64,000 nucleotides of DNA, taken from positions 3,472,001 to 3,536,000 of the forward strand of contig NC_043000.1 in assembly GCF_006345805.1 (NCBI RefSeq), in the 5' to 3' direction. The notes beneath the pieces were generated by a model. The model searched no databases. It was given only the letters and a program-made list of their open reading frames with translations, and had not been told where the DNA came from. Below, one piece after another: positions 49,946-63,345 of this stretch (positions within the stretch are counted from its first letter, which is position 1; every line of letters begins with the position of its first letter). A program made the position numbers and the translations under genes. The stretch comes from Octopus sinensis (Eukaryota).

Positions 49946-51859
49946 TTATATTATATATGTTGACATATATAATATTGTTAAAACTATATCTCAACCACTA
50001 AGTTCATGAAGTCAGTGCAAGTTGTGTGTGGAAGACACCTTTGTGCAGAAGTCTAAGGAAGAGTGATGGTGGTAATTTATACACAGGAGTATGTGTTGTT
50101 TGAAGTGACATCAAGGTTTGTTAATTTACAGAGGAAAAGTAGGGGTGGGGTAATGCAGTGAGAAAAAGCACTGGCAGCACACAGAACAAAGAAGCAGTTC
50201 AAGGAAACATTTAAACTCGACATAAATGATGGATGGAACCCATAGGCAGATTAGCTTAGCTATGAGACTCTTATTCCAATCAGACACAGTTTACTGATGT
50301 CAAGTTTGATAATGTTTTTGTTGACTTTCCTAAATGAGTATGTATGAACAAGTCTCCAGTGTATCTATCTCTGTGGAAACAGAGGACAGACACTGGTGGT
50401 CATTGAGGTGGGAGAATGATTCAAATTCATGATGGAGGAGATAATTGTTTTGTTACCACTGAGGTGGAAGTAAGAGTAAATGATCAGTAAATAGCAGAAT
50501 TAGAGAAGTTGCTTTCTTGAGAATGGGATAAACTGTACTTCCAAAGAAGGTAGAGGAGAAAGATTGGAAAATATGACAATGATAAAAGCTAGCTCTGGAG
50601 TTCACAATTCCTTGAATGAATAACTGCTTATGGACAGGGTATTAATCAAATAAGTACCAGAAATATACTGATCTTGATGCAATTAATAAGGAACACAAGA
50701 AGGGGGAAAATCATTATGATATTAAAGGGATGTAAACTGTGATGAAAATGACCATGTTGGTAGTGATGCTGGTGGAAAATAATAGCAACTCTTTTGCCTG
50801 CCAATGAGTGATCCTCCATCAGTTTCAATAACGAGTATTCACCTGTGGGATCAACTTAGTCTCTGATTTGTTAAATAAATGTTTATGTGAGTGGTTGAAT
50901 ATTCCACAGACATGTGTAATGTAATTCTCAAGCCAAATCAACATGATACAATAAGTGACAAATTTGGACCATTGAAGAACTGGTACAATGCATCTGATGG
51001 ACTTTTATCTACCTAATTTCATTCACAAAGTTTGAGTTGACCTCAGGTTGTAGTAAAGATACTTGCTCAAGATGCCAGGCAGAAGGATAAAACCTGACTT
51101 TAGGTTGTGGTAAAGAGACTTGCTCAAGATGCCAGGCAGAAGGATAAAACCTGGGAATAAATGATTGCAAAAGCAAATATCTCATTCATTCAGCAACGCC
51201 TGCCAATAGACAGAAGTCATTTATAGTAATGGTATGGAATAGAAAATAGAAATAGAGAGGACACCTATAACAGATGACACAGCAGATGTGGAGAGAGATG
51301 ATGAAATGCTGGTACTGATAATTGTGATGATGACAATGATTATATGAGTTTTAGTTGGAGTTACTTTACAAACATCTTATATTTTGATATATAATCAACA
51401 CACACACACACACACACACACACAGATTCTAAGTAATCAATATATTTCCTACAAGCTGTCTCAAGATACTTCACATTGTAACAAATGTATTATTATATGT
51501 TCTAGAATATTCTTGAGATTGTATTCATCGCAGTAGGTTCCATTTTAATGAGTTAAGTAGATGTAGATAAAAATATCTGATCATCTTGAGTCAATAGAAT
51601 TTCAGAAGACTTTGCAGTATTTCTGAAGAACTTTCTATAGAAAAAAGTTGTTTTTTCAAAGAGACAAGAATTTTCTTAAAACATCAATACTATCATACAT
51701 CATTAAACTAACTGGAGAACATCTATTCCTTAAATCACACTCTACCATTTAAAAAAATGAAAGGTAACATTGAATAGTATAGTCTGAGAAAATAAGATGA
51801 AGTTGTCATGACTGGAATACATTTGATCATCGGTCTGCCCTACTGGGGCTAATCTGAGG

Positions 51860-52088
51860 TTAACCCTTTTGTTACTGTATCTATTTTGAGATGCTCTGTG
51901 TTTCTTTCAATTACTTTAAATATAACGAAGAATTTAGTCAAATAACTTAGTTATCATTAAGCTTAGTTTTAGGAACATAAATTGTGACTAAGGTTTGGTA
52001 GAAGATTTTAATTCAAAACTTATGAAAACAAGACATTTGTACTCAGAGCCAGAGCCAGTTTCAGCTGGTTTGGTAACGAAAGGGTTAA
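51860..52088. mobile_element. piggyBac-type MITE, family 1
   Basis: TTAA-CCCTTTTGTTAC ... GTAACGAAAGGG-TTAA; reverse complement of 18124-18352. Confidence 0.85.
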
Positions 52089-52134
52089 ACCACAACAACA
52101 AATTACATACTAAGAAATTATCAAAGAGACATTT

Positions 52135-52513
52135 TAGAATCTATTTATCCATGTTCAGAAATGTGCAACCAGATGAATACCCACCATCAGGCATCTACCA
52201 TACTCTGAACATTTTGCTTCCCTGGGCATTAAAGCTCTGACAACTGGCAGTTGACATGGTAGACACTGGTAAGATTATCTACCATCTTCCCAACAACAAC
52301 TTTGGGCACCTTTTTGAATTCCATATGTCTAACACTCATGGACATGCTTATAAAATCAAAAAACAACACAGTATTCATAACTTTCGGAAGCATTTTTCCA
52401 TGCTCAGAATTGCTGAACCATGGGACAAACTACCTGCATCAGTTGTTAGCTGTCAAGACACTACATCCTTCAAAACTTCCATTCTTCCTGAAATTTGCCA
52501 ACAGTACACCTGA
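52135..52513 (+). mobile_element. CR1/L2-type LINE 3' fragment
   Basis: SNTHGHAYKIKKQH...FSMLRIAEPWDKLPASVV. Confidence 0.85.
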
Positions 52514-54751
52514 TGCCCCACTATGTGGTCTTGGGTTCAGTCCTACTGCACAGCATCTTGGGTAACTGTCTTCTTCTATAGCCTTAGGCTGACCAAAGCC
52601 TTGTGAATGGACTTGGTAGATGGAAACTGAAAGAAGCCTACTGTACGTGTGTGTTTGTGCACATATATGTATGTATGTGTCCATGTATGTTTGCACATAC
52701 CCTTATCTACACATCTCATGATGGGTGTAAAAAGTCATCAGAATCATGCAAGAAATAATCTCGATTCCCAGATTTCTGTGCAAAAAACATCTAGCTATGA
52801 GAAAATAATATCTTGCTTGGAAATAAGCGAAAGTTGGTAACAGGCAAGAGGGGTATTCGGTTGTAGGAAATCTAGCTCAAAAAATTCCACCTGCCTCATG
52901 CAAGCATGGGAAAGTGGACATTAAATGATGATGATGATGATGATGGTGATGGTGATGATGATGGTGATGGTGATGATGATGATGATAGCATTTGCAACTG
53001 ACAAATCATGCTTCACTCATTTCCATTCATGGCCCACAGATCTTTCACATTTAATATTCATGTTTCAATAACATGTAATATATTTCTTACAGACAGAGAG
53101 GAAGGTGGGTGGGGGGGCCTTTGTTGTTAACTGCTTCTTGAACTTTGCTACCCACTTCTTTGCTCGAGCTACGGTACTTTCACTACAGCCACGCCAGTCC
53201 ATTACATAGATCATCTAGGTTACAGAAACTATCAACGGTATTTAATGGTGCAGAAATTTATCTAAATTTGTAAACTATACTAAATTTAATGAGCTATCTA
53301 AGCAGCTCATAGACTTCGTTTCATACAATTTATATAATATATTCAAATGTATCTGTTTATTTGACAATGTCTTTACATCCGGACAGAATATCTTTCAGAT
53401 CTTAACTTGTAATAAAGTGTATCAAAACACCAAGTCTTCAGTAATACGATGATGCTAATAATAAAAGCGAATTCAAATAAACACGACAATTATGCATTGT
53501 TCTTGTTACTTAGTCTGCAGGTTATTCTTAGTCAAGCAGACATATGATCAAATGCATTCCAGCCATGACCATCCTGTTTACATTTTTCATGCATAGTGTG
53601 TCTAGAATTACATTATTCAATACATTCTTTTTTGTTTTGAAGATGGTAAGGTGTGATATGTAGATTTGGCTGCTCTTTCTCACAGGACTGGTGACCACAT
53701 AGTGGGTTTTATCGTTGGCTCAAATTTATGATGTATACAAAGTGCTGGCATATTATCTAGCAAAGATTATCTCAAAGCTAATTTATTCTAATCAGTGGAC
53801 TCCAAAACAAATCAATAAGTGGTTATATATTTTTGATAGAACTATATACTTTGGTACATTTTTCTCTTGGTTTAATCCCTACCATGGAACTATTTCATGA
53901 TCAAAAACATCACGAAATTTCAGGAATCTCATCTTCACTTCATTCTGGTGCCTTGAACATAATTTCTTTAAATGTATCACCATATCTGTTTTGATATTCC
54001 CCAACAGGGAAATTAAGATCATTGCACATACTAATGCTCCTCTGTGTAGTAAGTGTGTTACAAGTAGCTTTTAAAAGGCCTCCTTTGGTAATACTACATG
54101 TGTAATGTATGCATACAAGCATTACATGTGTGTGTATGTGTGGGTGTACCATGCTGGTCAAAGAGCAGTATAAAATATGAATCTTTTGAATTAAGTCATT
54201 ATATCATTGTAGGTATATATGCCAACGTGTCTCCTTTCTCATACTGTCATATTTACCTGTGAAAAGTTAAAATGTCTATATCTTAATAAGTTCTTAAAGG
54301 GTTGAACATAATGTAGATATTATCTTTGAGGGGCTGACACTTAGCTAAACTAAATAAAGGAGTGGTGAAATCCTATTGTTCCATAGCAAGTATTTTATAG
54401 AAGCAAACCTAATTTTGCCTACCTCTACTACACATCTGTCCTCTAGGACAAGCAGATTAAAGAAAAATACATTTCAGAAACCATCACCCCAAAAAGAAAT
54501 TAATTAAAACATTGTAAAACTTTAATAAATATTTGATGCTGATTAATATTTAATTTTCAAATTCATTAAGCATTTACAAAAATATTCAAAACTATATTTA
54601 TAAATCATAACTTTGTTAAAATAATGTAATTAAAATATTATAGAAACTTATTAAAATAATACAACAAGTATAAAAATAAAATAATCAAGATGGAGAAGTA
54701 AAAAAAAGTGTTATGGGAAATGGTTTTATTAGTAACAACAAATAAGGTCAT

Positions 54752-55083
54752 TTAATCCTTTAGCATTTAAACTGGCCATATCCAGCCCAAATATTCTAAC
54801 ATTTTTTCTGCTCAAACTGTCACGATCTGGCCCATTTCACCTACGCTACAGTGTCATTCTAAAAATAAGTAACCACATCATCAAAATCTCAAAATTACAA
54901 GATAATGCATGGAGCGCAGGAGTGGCTGTGTGGTAAGTAGCTTGCTTCCCAACCACATGGTTCTGGGTTCATTCCCACTGCGTGGCACCTTGGGCAAGTG
55001 TCTTCTACTATAGCCTCGAGCTGACCAAAGCCTTGTGAGTGGATTTGGTAGATGGAAACTGAAAGAAGCCCGTCGTATATATG

Positions 55084-55114
<31 letters not shown>

Positions 55115-55386
55115 ATATGTTTGTGTGTCTGTGTTTGTCCCTTGACAACCGATGCTGGTGTGTTTACGTCCCTGTAATTTAGCGGTTTGGCAAAAGAGAC
55201 CGATAGAATAAGTATTAGGCTTATAAAAAATAAGTCCTAGGGTCGATTTGCTCAACTAAAGGCGGTGCTCCAGCATGGCCACAGTCAAAATGACTGAAAC
55301 AAGTAAAAGAGTAAAAGATTGATCCAAAACAAAGTTAATAAATTAACATTACATTTGATACAGCAATCTGAATGCTAAAGGGTTAA
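54752..55386. mobile_element. piggyBac-type MITE, family 2, interrupted by a SINE (~54911-55318)
   Basis: Halves match the reverse complement of 43682-43910; TTAA ends. Confidence 0.8.
54911..55318 (+). mobile_element. SINE-B copy nested in a MITE
   Basis: Full-length match. Confidence 0.92.
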
Positions 55387-57399
55387 TGAATATTCATTTG
55401 AGGAGGAAAGGAAAACATGATATGGGACTTAGTTTGAAAAAGTTGTGTGAAATTGGTAGTTAATGTTTAGTCTGGATTGCTGTGAGCTTAGAGTTAGTGG
55501 AAAGATAGTGAAGAAGGAAGATATCAGAGAGTGGAAGAATTGAACAGTGTTTGCAGGACCAGGTGCAGCAAATGAAAGTCAAACATGCATGAGATATGTA
55601 TTTAAGTGGATGCAATAGAGGTTGGGTCAGTTGAAAGGAGCAACAGTTTGTGTAGTAAGGTTAATAGAAGAGGAAAGACAACTGAATGATGTAATAGGTA
55701 TTGGTATTAACAGTGCGTGATAAGAAACGATGTGACAGAATTGACCTCTATCATGATAGAAGCTATCAGAGAAAATATCACAACAATGCTTCAACAATAA
55801 ATCAGTCATGCTGCATAAGCATATGAATTCTAACAGAGATTAGAATAATATATGATCTCTTCTCACATTCAATAACCATGAAGGATAGTAGTTTAAAATG
55901 ATGTTTTGGAAGCAAATTGTGAAGGAAAAAACAAAAACATCATGTAGACGACAGAATATGGCAAGGACTGGATTAGAAATAGAAAAAGTTTATACAGAAA
56001 TCATAAGATTGATGGGGATGGAAGACAAATCTTTAAAGATCAACCAGGTTATTAGATAATGTTCCCAACCGTTATTGAGTAGAATGTAAGAGAGAGAATT
56101 AGTCTATATTAAAATGAAATTATAACATTTCACTAATGAAGAAGAATGAAATGAAATTGTTATGCTGTAATCTAACATTATTATAAGATTCCATCTCAAC
56201 TAAAAAAAACTCTTTTGCAGATAGAATTGAACTCATTGCTACAGCTCCATGATGTCAGAGATTACACTATATGTTAAGCTATATAAGCCAAATTTATAAG
56301 AAATGTAAGAAATGTGATAAGAAAAAAAACATGCCATTAAAGATTGGCAAATATTTACTAAATGTCTGGTGACTATACTAAAATATTTTGTGACAGTTCA
56401 ATGGCTTTGACTAAATTCAAAATCAAACCAAGAGTAAACTGTTCCAGAACAGAGCAAAGCAATGATGGTAAATATCAGCTAAATTATTGTTGTTATTCTG
56501 TAAAACATTAACAAAAACAAGAGATTTAAAAAACAAAAAAAATAAGATGTTTGAACAGCTAATGTTAGATAACGAAGAGAAAGGAACCTGTTTTGGAATC
56601 AATTCAGGCAACGAAGTTAGAATGAATATAAGGACCGTTAGTTCAACTTAGTGATTCAATACTTAACTACAGAAATGGTTAACAGCCAACAAATCTAATA
56701 GAGAAGCAGACTTTACCAAAATACTTAACAAGAATCACCGAAATTATTAACAATAACAAGTAACATATAACTTTCGGGCCAGTAATTCACTCATGTAACA
56801 TCTGCTGCACCACAAATAACACAAGCAAAAGAGGTTCTATGCAGTTACTAGAGCAGTTCAATAGACTTAACAAATCTCTGACAAGTTCTTTTAACCATGT
56901 TTTTTAATATAATATTACACCAGGACAACACACAATGAAGACAGGAATAGCAACAAATAAAATGTTGATTGAAAGCTTCAGACAACCTTAACCCTCCATG
57001 CCAAACATCTGCTCAAAGACTTGACCAACACCGTTATCAACCACCAACAGCATGTGTCACTCTTACCTGCTAGAAATAGCAGCCACAGCTCTTCTAAACA
57101 CATCTTACTGTCTTTAAAAAAAAGAAGTGCAGTGAGTAATGTAGTCTAGGGTTGAATACAATAGACCACAAGTTCACTTGATCATGGCCAGTTTGGGAAT
57201 ATATATAGCAACACTTCAAATGGGAATGATTTCATGTTTTCCAAACAAAATATCATCCATGTATTAAAAGCAAAAATCAATGGGAAATTGCATATAATCA
57301 TAAGTTTTCTTGATAGCAGAACATTGATACCACATAACCTTTCCATAGAAACATTCAGACTCCCCTATCTTACATAGCTCTTATTATCTATTCCGATGT

Positions 57400-58260
57400 T
57401 CATACCATCATGACCTACTTCTAGAATACCAATCACTATTATCACATGTAGACATCCTATCATACACCTCTCTACTAACTACCACACCTACTATCATTAT
57501 ATGTCCATACCACCATCACCTCTCATTAATATGACTACTATCACCTTACCTTTACTCTGGCTACCATCCATTACCAGCACATAATTCTTTCTACTATAGC
57601 TCAAGGCCTGAAATTTTGGGGAGGGGATAGTCAATTACATCAACCCCAGTGCTCAACTGGTACCTAATTTATTGACTGTGAAAGGAAGAAAGGCAAAGTC
57701 GACCTTAGCAGAATTTGAACTCAGGACGCAAGGACAGATTAAATGCCGCTAAGCATTTTGCCTGATGTACTAACGATTCTACTAACTTGCCATCTTAAAC
57801 CAGCACATAATAATACCTTCAATCATCTGCAGCTACTGTAGCTATCATCACCTAACTCTGTTGGAGCTACCATCTGCTACCATCACATGTCCATACTACC
57901 ATCACCTCCTGCTGCTGCATGAATCGTTCACAACCATCACATATCAATTCCATTATTGCTTACTCCTATGTAGCTACCATCCACTACCATCTCTACCACC
58001 ATCACCCCCAACTACTGTGGCAACCATTCATTTTACTACTATCATGTCCATACCACTATCTTTTACCACAATGCTAGCCACCATTTACTACCATCACATA
58101 TCCATAGCATTGCCATCTTACCTCTACAGTAGCTACTTTCCACCACCAGTACATATCCATAGGATAACCACCTACCTTTACTGTAATTACCATCACATGA
58201 TCGCCCCGCCCCCATCAACAATCACATGACTCTATCTCAACCATCACACGCTTATAGCTA
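57400..58260. repeat. Degenerate ACC/ACT-rich low-complexity region interrupted by a SINE-A
   Basis: Many accacc/actacc motifs; no coherent unit. Confidence 0.6.
57590..57800 (-). mobile_element. SINE-A copy
   Basis: Consensus match. Confidence 0.85.
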
Positions 58261-59539
58261 TGATGCACTACAGCCTACTGCAACTCAGATAATTTACTTT
58301 TTCTCAAGTTAGTCTACCATTCAGATTCTCCATGTATATCTAATGTAATCCTGTGCTCTGAACATAAGGGGAAAAACTGCAATCATTCATTTTACTTGAA
58401 TAGACTAGATATTAAGAAGCAGCCAAGCTAGAAAGATCAAGAATATGAGGGTCTTTCAAAAGAGTTCTGTTGGCTGATTATTAAGTTTCTTGATCCTCTG
58501 ACTGTGACTTAACACAGAGGCAGCATCACTGACTCACTGTCCAATCAATTTGTTTGGTGCATTACATAAAATCAGATTACCATCAAAATTAACAACAGTG
58601 AACTAACAATCCAAAGATAAAAAGTGCTTCATTCAGATATGTTCAGCCATGAATAGCTTTGCTTTATCTGAACTAGAATTTAATTCTGGTAAATGCTTAG
58701 CATCAACTACCAGCATTGTTCATTGTATTGATACAGTGCAGTAGAATTTCAGCTGCATTGATAGTCTACCTGGATTATCACTGAATCTTTTTAGCTGTCC
58801 TATCAGGAAAATTGATCAGAGACACATCATTGCAGTGCAGCTACAGGGTGAACGTCCTGACTGCAAATATTTAATTCAACTTTGTATCTTTCAATTCAAA
58901 CAATCACATCTACGCATTACTTCTTTTATTTTTTTTTCCAGTGAGAAAGAGACACAAATACACAGGAAAGAGACATAACACAGAGTCTGTGTCTGAAACA
59001 AATTAAATAGCTATATTTATACGCTGGAATCTTGTCACTTGCTTTAAAATTAGCTTCGTGATTACAAAGTGAGAAAGAAGAGCATCAGAAATGAGTATGT
59101 AACACATCATAAAATAAAAATTTAAATATTCAGGGTTAAATCTACCCCAGTTCAACTAAAAAAAAGACACACGTGCACAGAGAGAGAGAGAGAGAGAGAA
59201 AGAGACAGACAGACAGAGAGAGGGAGAGAGAGACAGACAGACAAACAGGGTAGAGAGAGAAAGAGAGAGAGAGATTTCAATTACAAGCGTATTATTTTTG
59301 CTGCTACTTTTAAGAAAATTGGGTTATTTCCTGGAAGATGAATGTAGTCAGTAGCTGAAAGTTTTAAATTTATTTATGATCCAAAGCAATTGCTTTTCTT
59401 TTCTATATAAATATTTCTTTTATTTAATGTTAAGGCAAGCTATCTTTTAATATGCAATTTCTACTAGAGAAGCAAAAGATGAGAAAGTTATAACTAAAAG
59501 TTTATTCCTTCATACATTATTTATATATCTTATATTCAT

Positions 59540-59750
59540 TTCTACTCTAGGCACAAGGCCTGAAATTTGGGGGGAGTGGGGCCAGTCGATTAGATCGACC
59601 CCACTATGCAACTGGTACTTAATTTATCAACCCCAAAAGGATGAAAGGCAAAGTCAACCTTGGCCGAATTTGAACTCAGAACTTAAAGACAGATGAAATA
59701 CCGCTAAGCATTTTGCCCGGCGTGCTAAAGTTTCTACCAGCTCGCCACCT
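59540..59750 (-). mobile_element. SINE-A copy
   Basis: Consensus match, low divergence. Confidence 0.88.
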
Positions 59751-59794
59751 TGATTCTGGATATAACTACTAGTCTCTATGGGTCACCAAACTTT

Positions 59795-59834
<40 letters not shown>

Positions 59835-60235
59835 CATATATAATATTCATATTTGAATATATAAATATATCTTATATTAATCACAAGTTAAAATGACCAG
59901 TTAATTATACCAATTATAAGTTTTGCTATATACAAGAAATTACCTTAATGAATTTTAATGACTAAAATACTTATCAGTATCACTTCCTATATTACTCATA
60001 TATTACTAGTAAATAAAAGCCATGATTGTGTGTGTGCGTATCTATATGTATGTAAAACTACCTTACAGAAAGAAAGCACTCAATACATTTGTAGAGTAAC
60101 AATTTATTGTGAATATTGGGAAAAACAAGTCAATACCTCACTGTGACTAACAGTTTTATTTTGAGCGGGAATGCTTGAGTATTCTCACTCTGTATTCTGG
60201 ATATAACTACTAGTCCCCATGGATTACCAAATTTT

Positions 60236-60293
<58 letters not shown>

Positions 60294-60573
60294 TATTTGA
60301 AAATATAAATATATATTCTACAGGAAACAAAAGAATTTTTGAATGCAGAATAGCTGTGAAAATAGCTTAGGGGATTGGGTAAATACCCTTAAGAAGATGG
60401 AAAAAGTGGACAGCAAGCTGCTACAGAGAATCAAACCCTGTACATTACAAATTCCAGCAGAACCAGCCACTTTTTCCATCTTCTAAGGGTATTTTACCCT
60501 ATCTTCTAAGCTGCTTTCACAGCTATTCCTTTATTTTCTATAGAATACCAACTCATTTGGCACATCTAATTTT

Positions 60574-60604
<31 letters not shown>

Positions 60605-60743
60605 CTTACACACAAACAAATACATATAAGGTTAGTAATATTAAAATGAAGGCAAGATAATAAAAAAAGAAGCAGAAAGCATAAAACCCACCACCATAAG
60701 CACCAGAACAGCCTGGTGAAGTAAAAACACACCAAAACATTAC

Positions 60744-60840
60744 CTGTGCTTCAATCTCAGCATCAATATTTTTTTGCTCGTGAACAAGAGCCCTATAGTG
60801 TTTCTCAGATAAAAGCTGTTTCTCAAAGTCAGTCAGGGGC
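60744..60840 (-). CDS. AP1AR: AP-1 complex-associated regulatory protein (gadkin)-like, most 5' exon found in window: (R)PLTDFEKQLLSEKHYRALVHEQKNIDAEIEAQ
   Basis: tatag| acceptor and CAG|gtaatg donor; 97 nt, phase 2 to 0. Resembles recalled vertebrate gadkin RPLTEEEIVDLRERHYDSIAEKQKDLDKKIQKE. Confidence 0.88.
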
Positions 60841-61889
60841 CTATACATAGACAGGTTGGATAAATAAAACACCAAAAACATAAACAATGCACAATAAAAG
60901 CATAATATAAACAAAAACAAAAAAATATACACATTGAAAGAATCTAATGAAGTATACATGTTTACTACTTGTAATATAAATAAAGATTCACTACATGTGC
61001 TGAAGACAGAGAAGCATACACAATAGCAGTGTTGGACTGATACTATAATTTTTTTTTTTTTTTTTTTTTGCCTTTCATGATCTGCCAATAATTCTGGTTA
61101 AATATTGTAATTCACTAAATACAGACTGGAGTAATGCTGGGTCTTCACCCAGGAACAGTGAATCGTTTCAATGATACATTATGCAATAGGTATAAAATGC
61201 TACTAGATAGCAACAAGATGTTTACATATTATACTTGAAACAGTTTACAAACAAACCAAAACGGAAAAAAAAATTTAAACTATATAAATAAGTTCATTCT
61301 TAGATTCAATAGAAATAATTCCATTCTTCAGAGAATAGTTATAATTGTCATTTTCAAAGGTACAAAGTCGCAAATTTTATTATTTTTTTTTTACATCTAT
61401 TAATATTCAAAAGGAATAATGATGAAGAATAACATAATGATGATGATGATGATGCTCACGTAATTATAACTTCAAAAATATTACCGAAATTTTAAAGCAT
61501 ATTTTTAATGAAAATAAATTTATTAAAAGTTCAAAGCTTTTTCTAAACTGAGAATCCCGAAAGAGTAAGTGTATTCCAAATGTTCTCTTTAATCAGTTCT
61601 TTTATTTACTATTACCGGAGATAATATATATATTAGATCAACAACGATCGATGATGGAATTGTTGGTCTGCATCAAAGTCTCAGCAACTTAAGTAGTTAT
61701 TATTTCAACAAGAATTTGATTGCTTTTTATCTATCAGTTTGCAAAGTGCTTTTAGATAATCCTCAACGAAGGTCTACAGACAATTACAACTGATATTGAG
61801 TCGGAAGTGTTGCAGTTATAATGTGCATATAATGCACGTGTACATAACCTGCTAGAAGTAAATATTCAGTTTGTACTGCTGAATGCATG

Positions 61890-62300
61890 GTGCATGTGTG
61901 ACTGAGTGGTAAAAAGTTTGCTTCTCAACCACATGTTTCCTGGTTCAATTCCACTGTATGACACCTTGACAACTCTCTTCTTCTATAGCCCTGGGTCAAC
62001 CAGAGCCTTGTGTGTGGAGTCGGTAGATGGAAAATTAAAGACACCCATTTTGTGTGTGTGTGTGTGAATATATCTTTACATGTGGGTCTTTATGTTTGTG
62101 TTTGTCCCCTGCCACCACTGGGTGACTGGTGTTGGTTTGTTTATATCCCTGTAACTTAGTGGTTTGACAAGAGAAACCAACAGAATAAGTAACAGGCTTA
62201 AAAAAAACAACTAAATACTGGGGTCAATTAGTTCAACTAAACCCTTTAAGATGGTGCCCCAGTATGACCCACAGTCCAATGACTGAAACAAATGATAAAA
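61890..62300 (+). mobile_element. Older diverged SINE-B copy
   Basis: Collinear with SINE-B but with many substitutions. Confidence 0.8.
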
Positions 62301-62845
62301 GAAGACTGTTTTACTTTGTTATTCGTTCAATGTTTTGGTGCCCTGGATTGCAACCATACTGGGAGGATTTTTGGTGGGGACACTCACTGCCTGCAAAGGT
62401 TTCATGTGGTCACATTTTAGGCTGGTCCTTATTTCATATTATTTACAATAGATGGATAGGGGTCCTCATCTTGTTTGTTGTTACCACAACATTTCTGCTG
62501 ATGTACCTCTCCAGTATGCTGGATGCTGTTTCATGTGCCACTGGCACAGGTGCTTCTTAAGTGGCACCAGCATCATAATTGCCAATGAGTGTCACTGTCT
62601 TATAAGTGGTGTCCTTTGTTTCCAATCTTCCGTGAAAACATGTCTAGCCATGGGGAAATATTACTTTACATGGAAACCAGTGAGGTTTGATGACAGGAAA
62701 GGATTACAACGTAAAATTTGACAGTAAAATATATGCTTCAATGAATTTTGCTTCACACATGAGTATAAAAAGGTGGATGTCTAAAACAAATACTGTGTGC
62801 ACATGTGTGCGTGTGTGTGTGCATGTACATATATTTTTGTAACAT

Positions 62846-63146
62846 AAAAACACCATCCGAGCGTGGTCATCTGCCAGCCTCGTCTGGCACCTGTGTCGGT
62901 GGCACATAAAAAACACCATCCGAGCATGGCCATTCGCCAGCCTCGTCTGGCACCTGTGTCGGTCGCACATAAAATCACCCACTACACTCTCGGAGTGGTT
63001 GGCGTTAGGAAGGGCATCCAGCTGTAGAAACACTGCCAGATCTGACTGGCCTGGTGCAGCCTTCGGGCTCCCCAGACCCCAGTTGAACCGTCCAACCCAT
63101 GCTAGCATGGAAAGCGGACGTTAAATGATGATGATGATGATGATGA
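62846..63146 (+). mobile_element. SINE-C copy with two 63-bp internal units and (ATG)n tail
   Basis: Units start at 62851 and 62914; ends catgctagcatggaaagcggacgttaaatgatgatg. Confidence 0.9.
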
Positions 63147-63312
63147 ATGGTTCTGCACATTTGTATCTTATCAAATTCAACTCTTTTGCTTGCTCAACTT
63201 CTGAAGCTAGAGTAGAAGACACTTGCTTAAGGTGCCATTGAATGGAAGCAAACCTAGAACCATGTGGTTGCAAAGTGAACTTTTTTTACCATAGCCTGAT
63301 TTATACTTTTAA

Positions 63313-63345
<33 letters not shown>

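Noticed and set aside
50100-50620. Possible Penelope-like RT relic (also 4560-4790, 34300-34740, 41100-41400)
   Set aside because: Too degenerate to assign motifs confidently by eye.
51050-51155. Short tandem duplications (58-bp here; also 2343-2402, 9843-9885, 14630-14790)
   Set aside because: Ordinary two-copy slippage duplications with no further structure.
60606-61088. 160-aa hydrophobic 'membrane protein' ORF
   Set aside because: It is intron read-through around the real 97-nt exon; the hydrophobic parts are T-rich intron.
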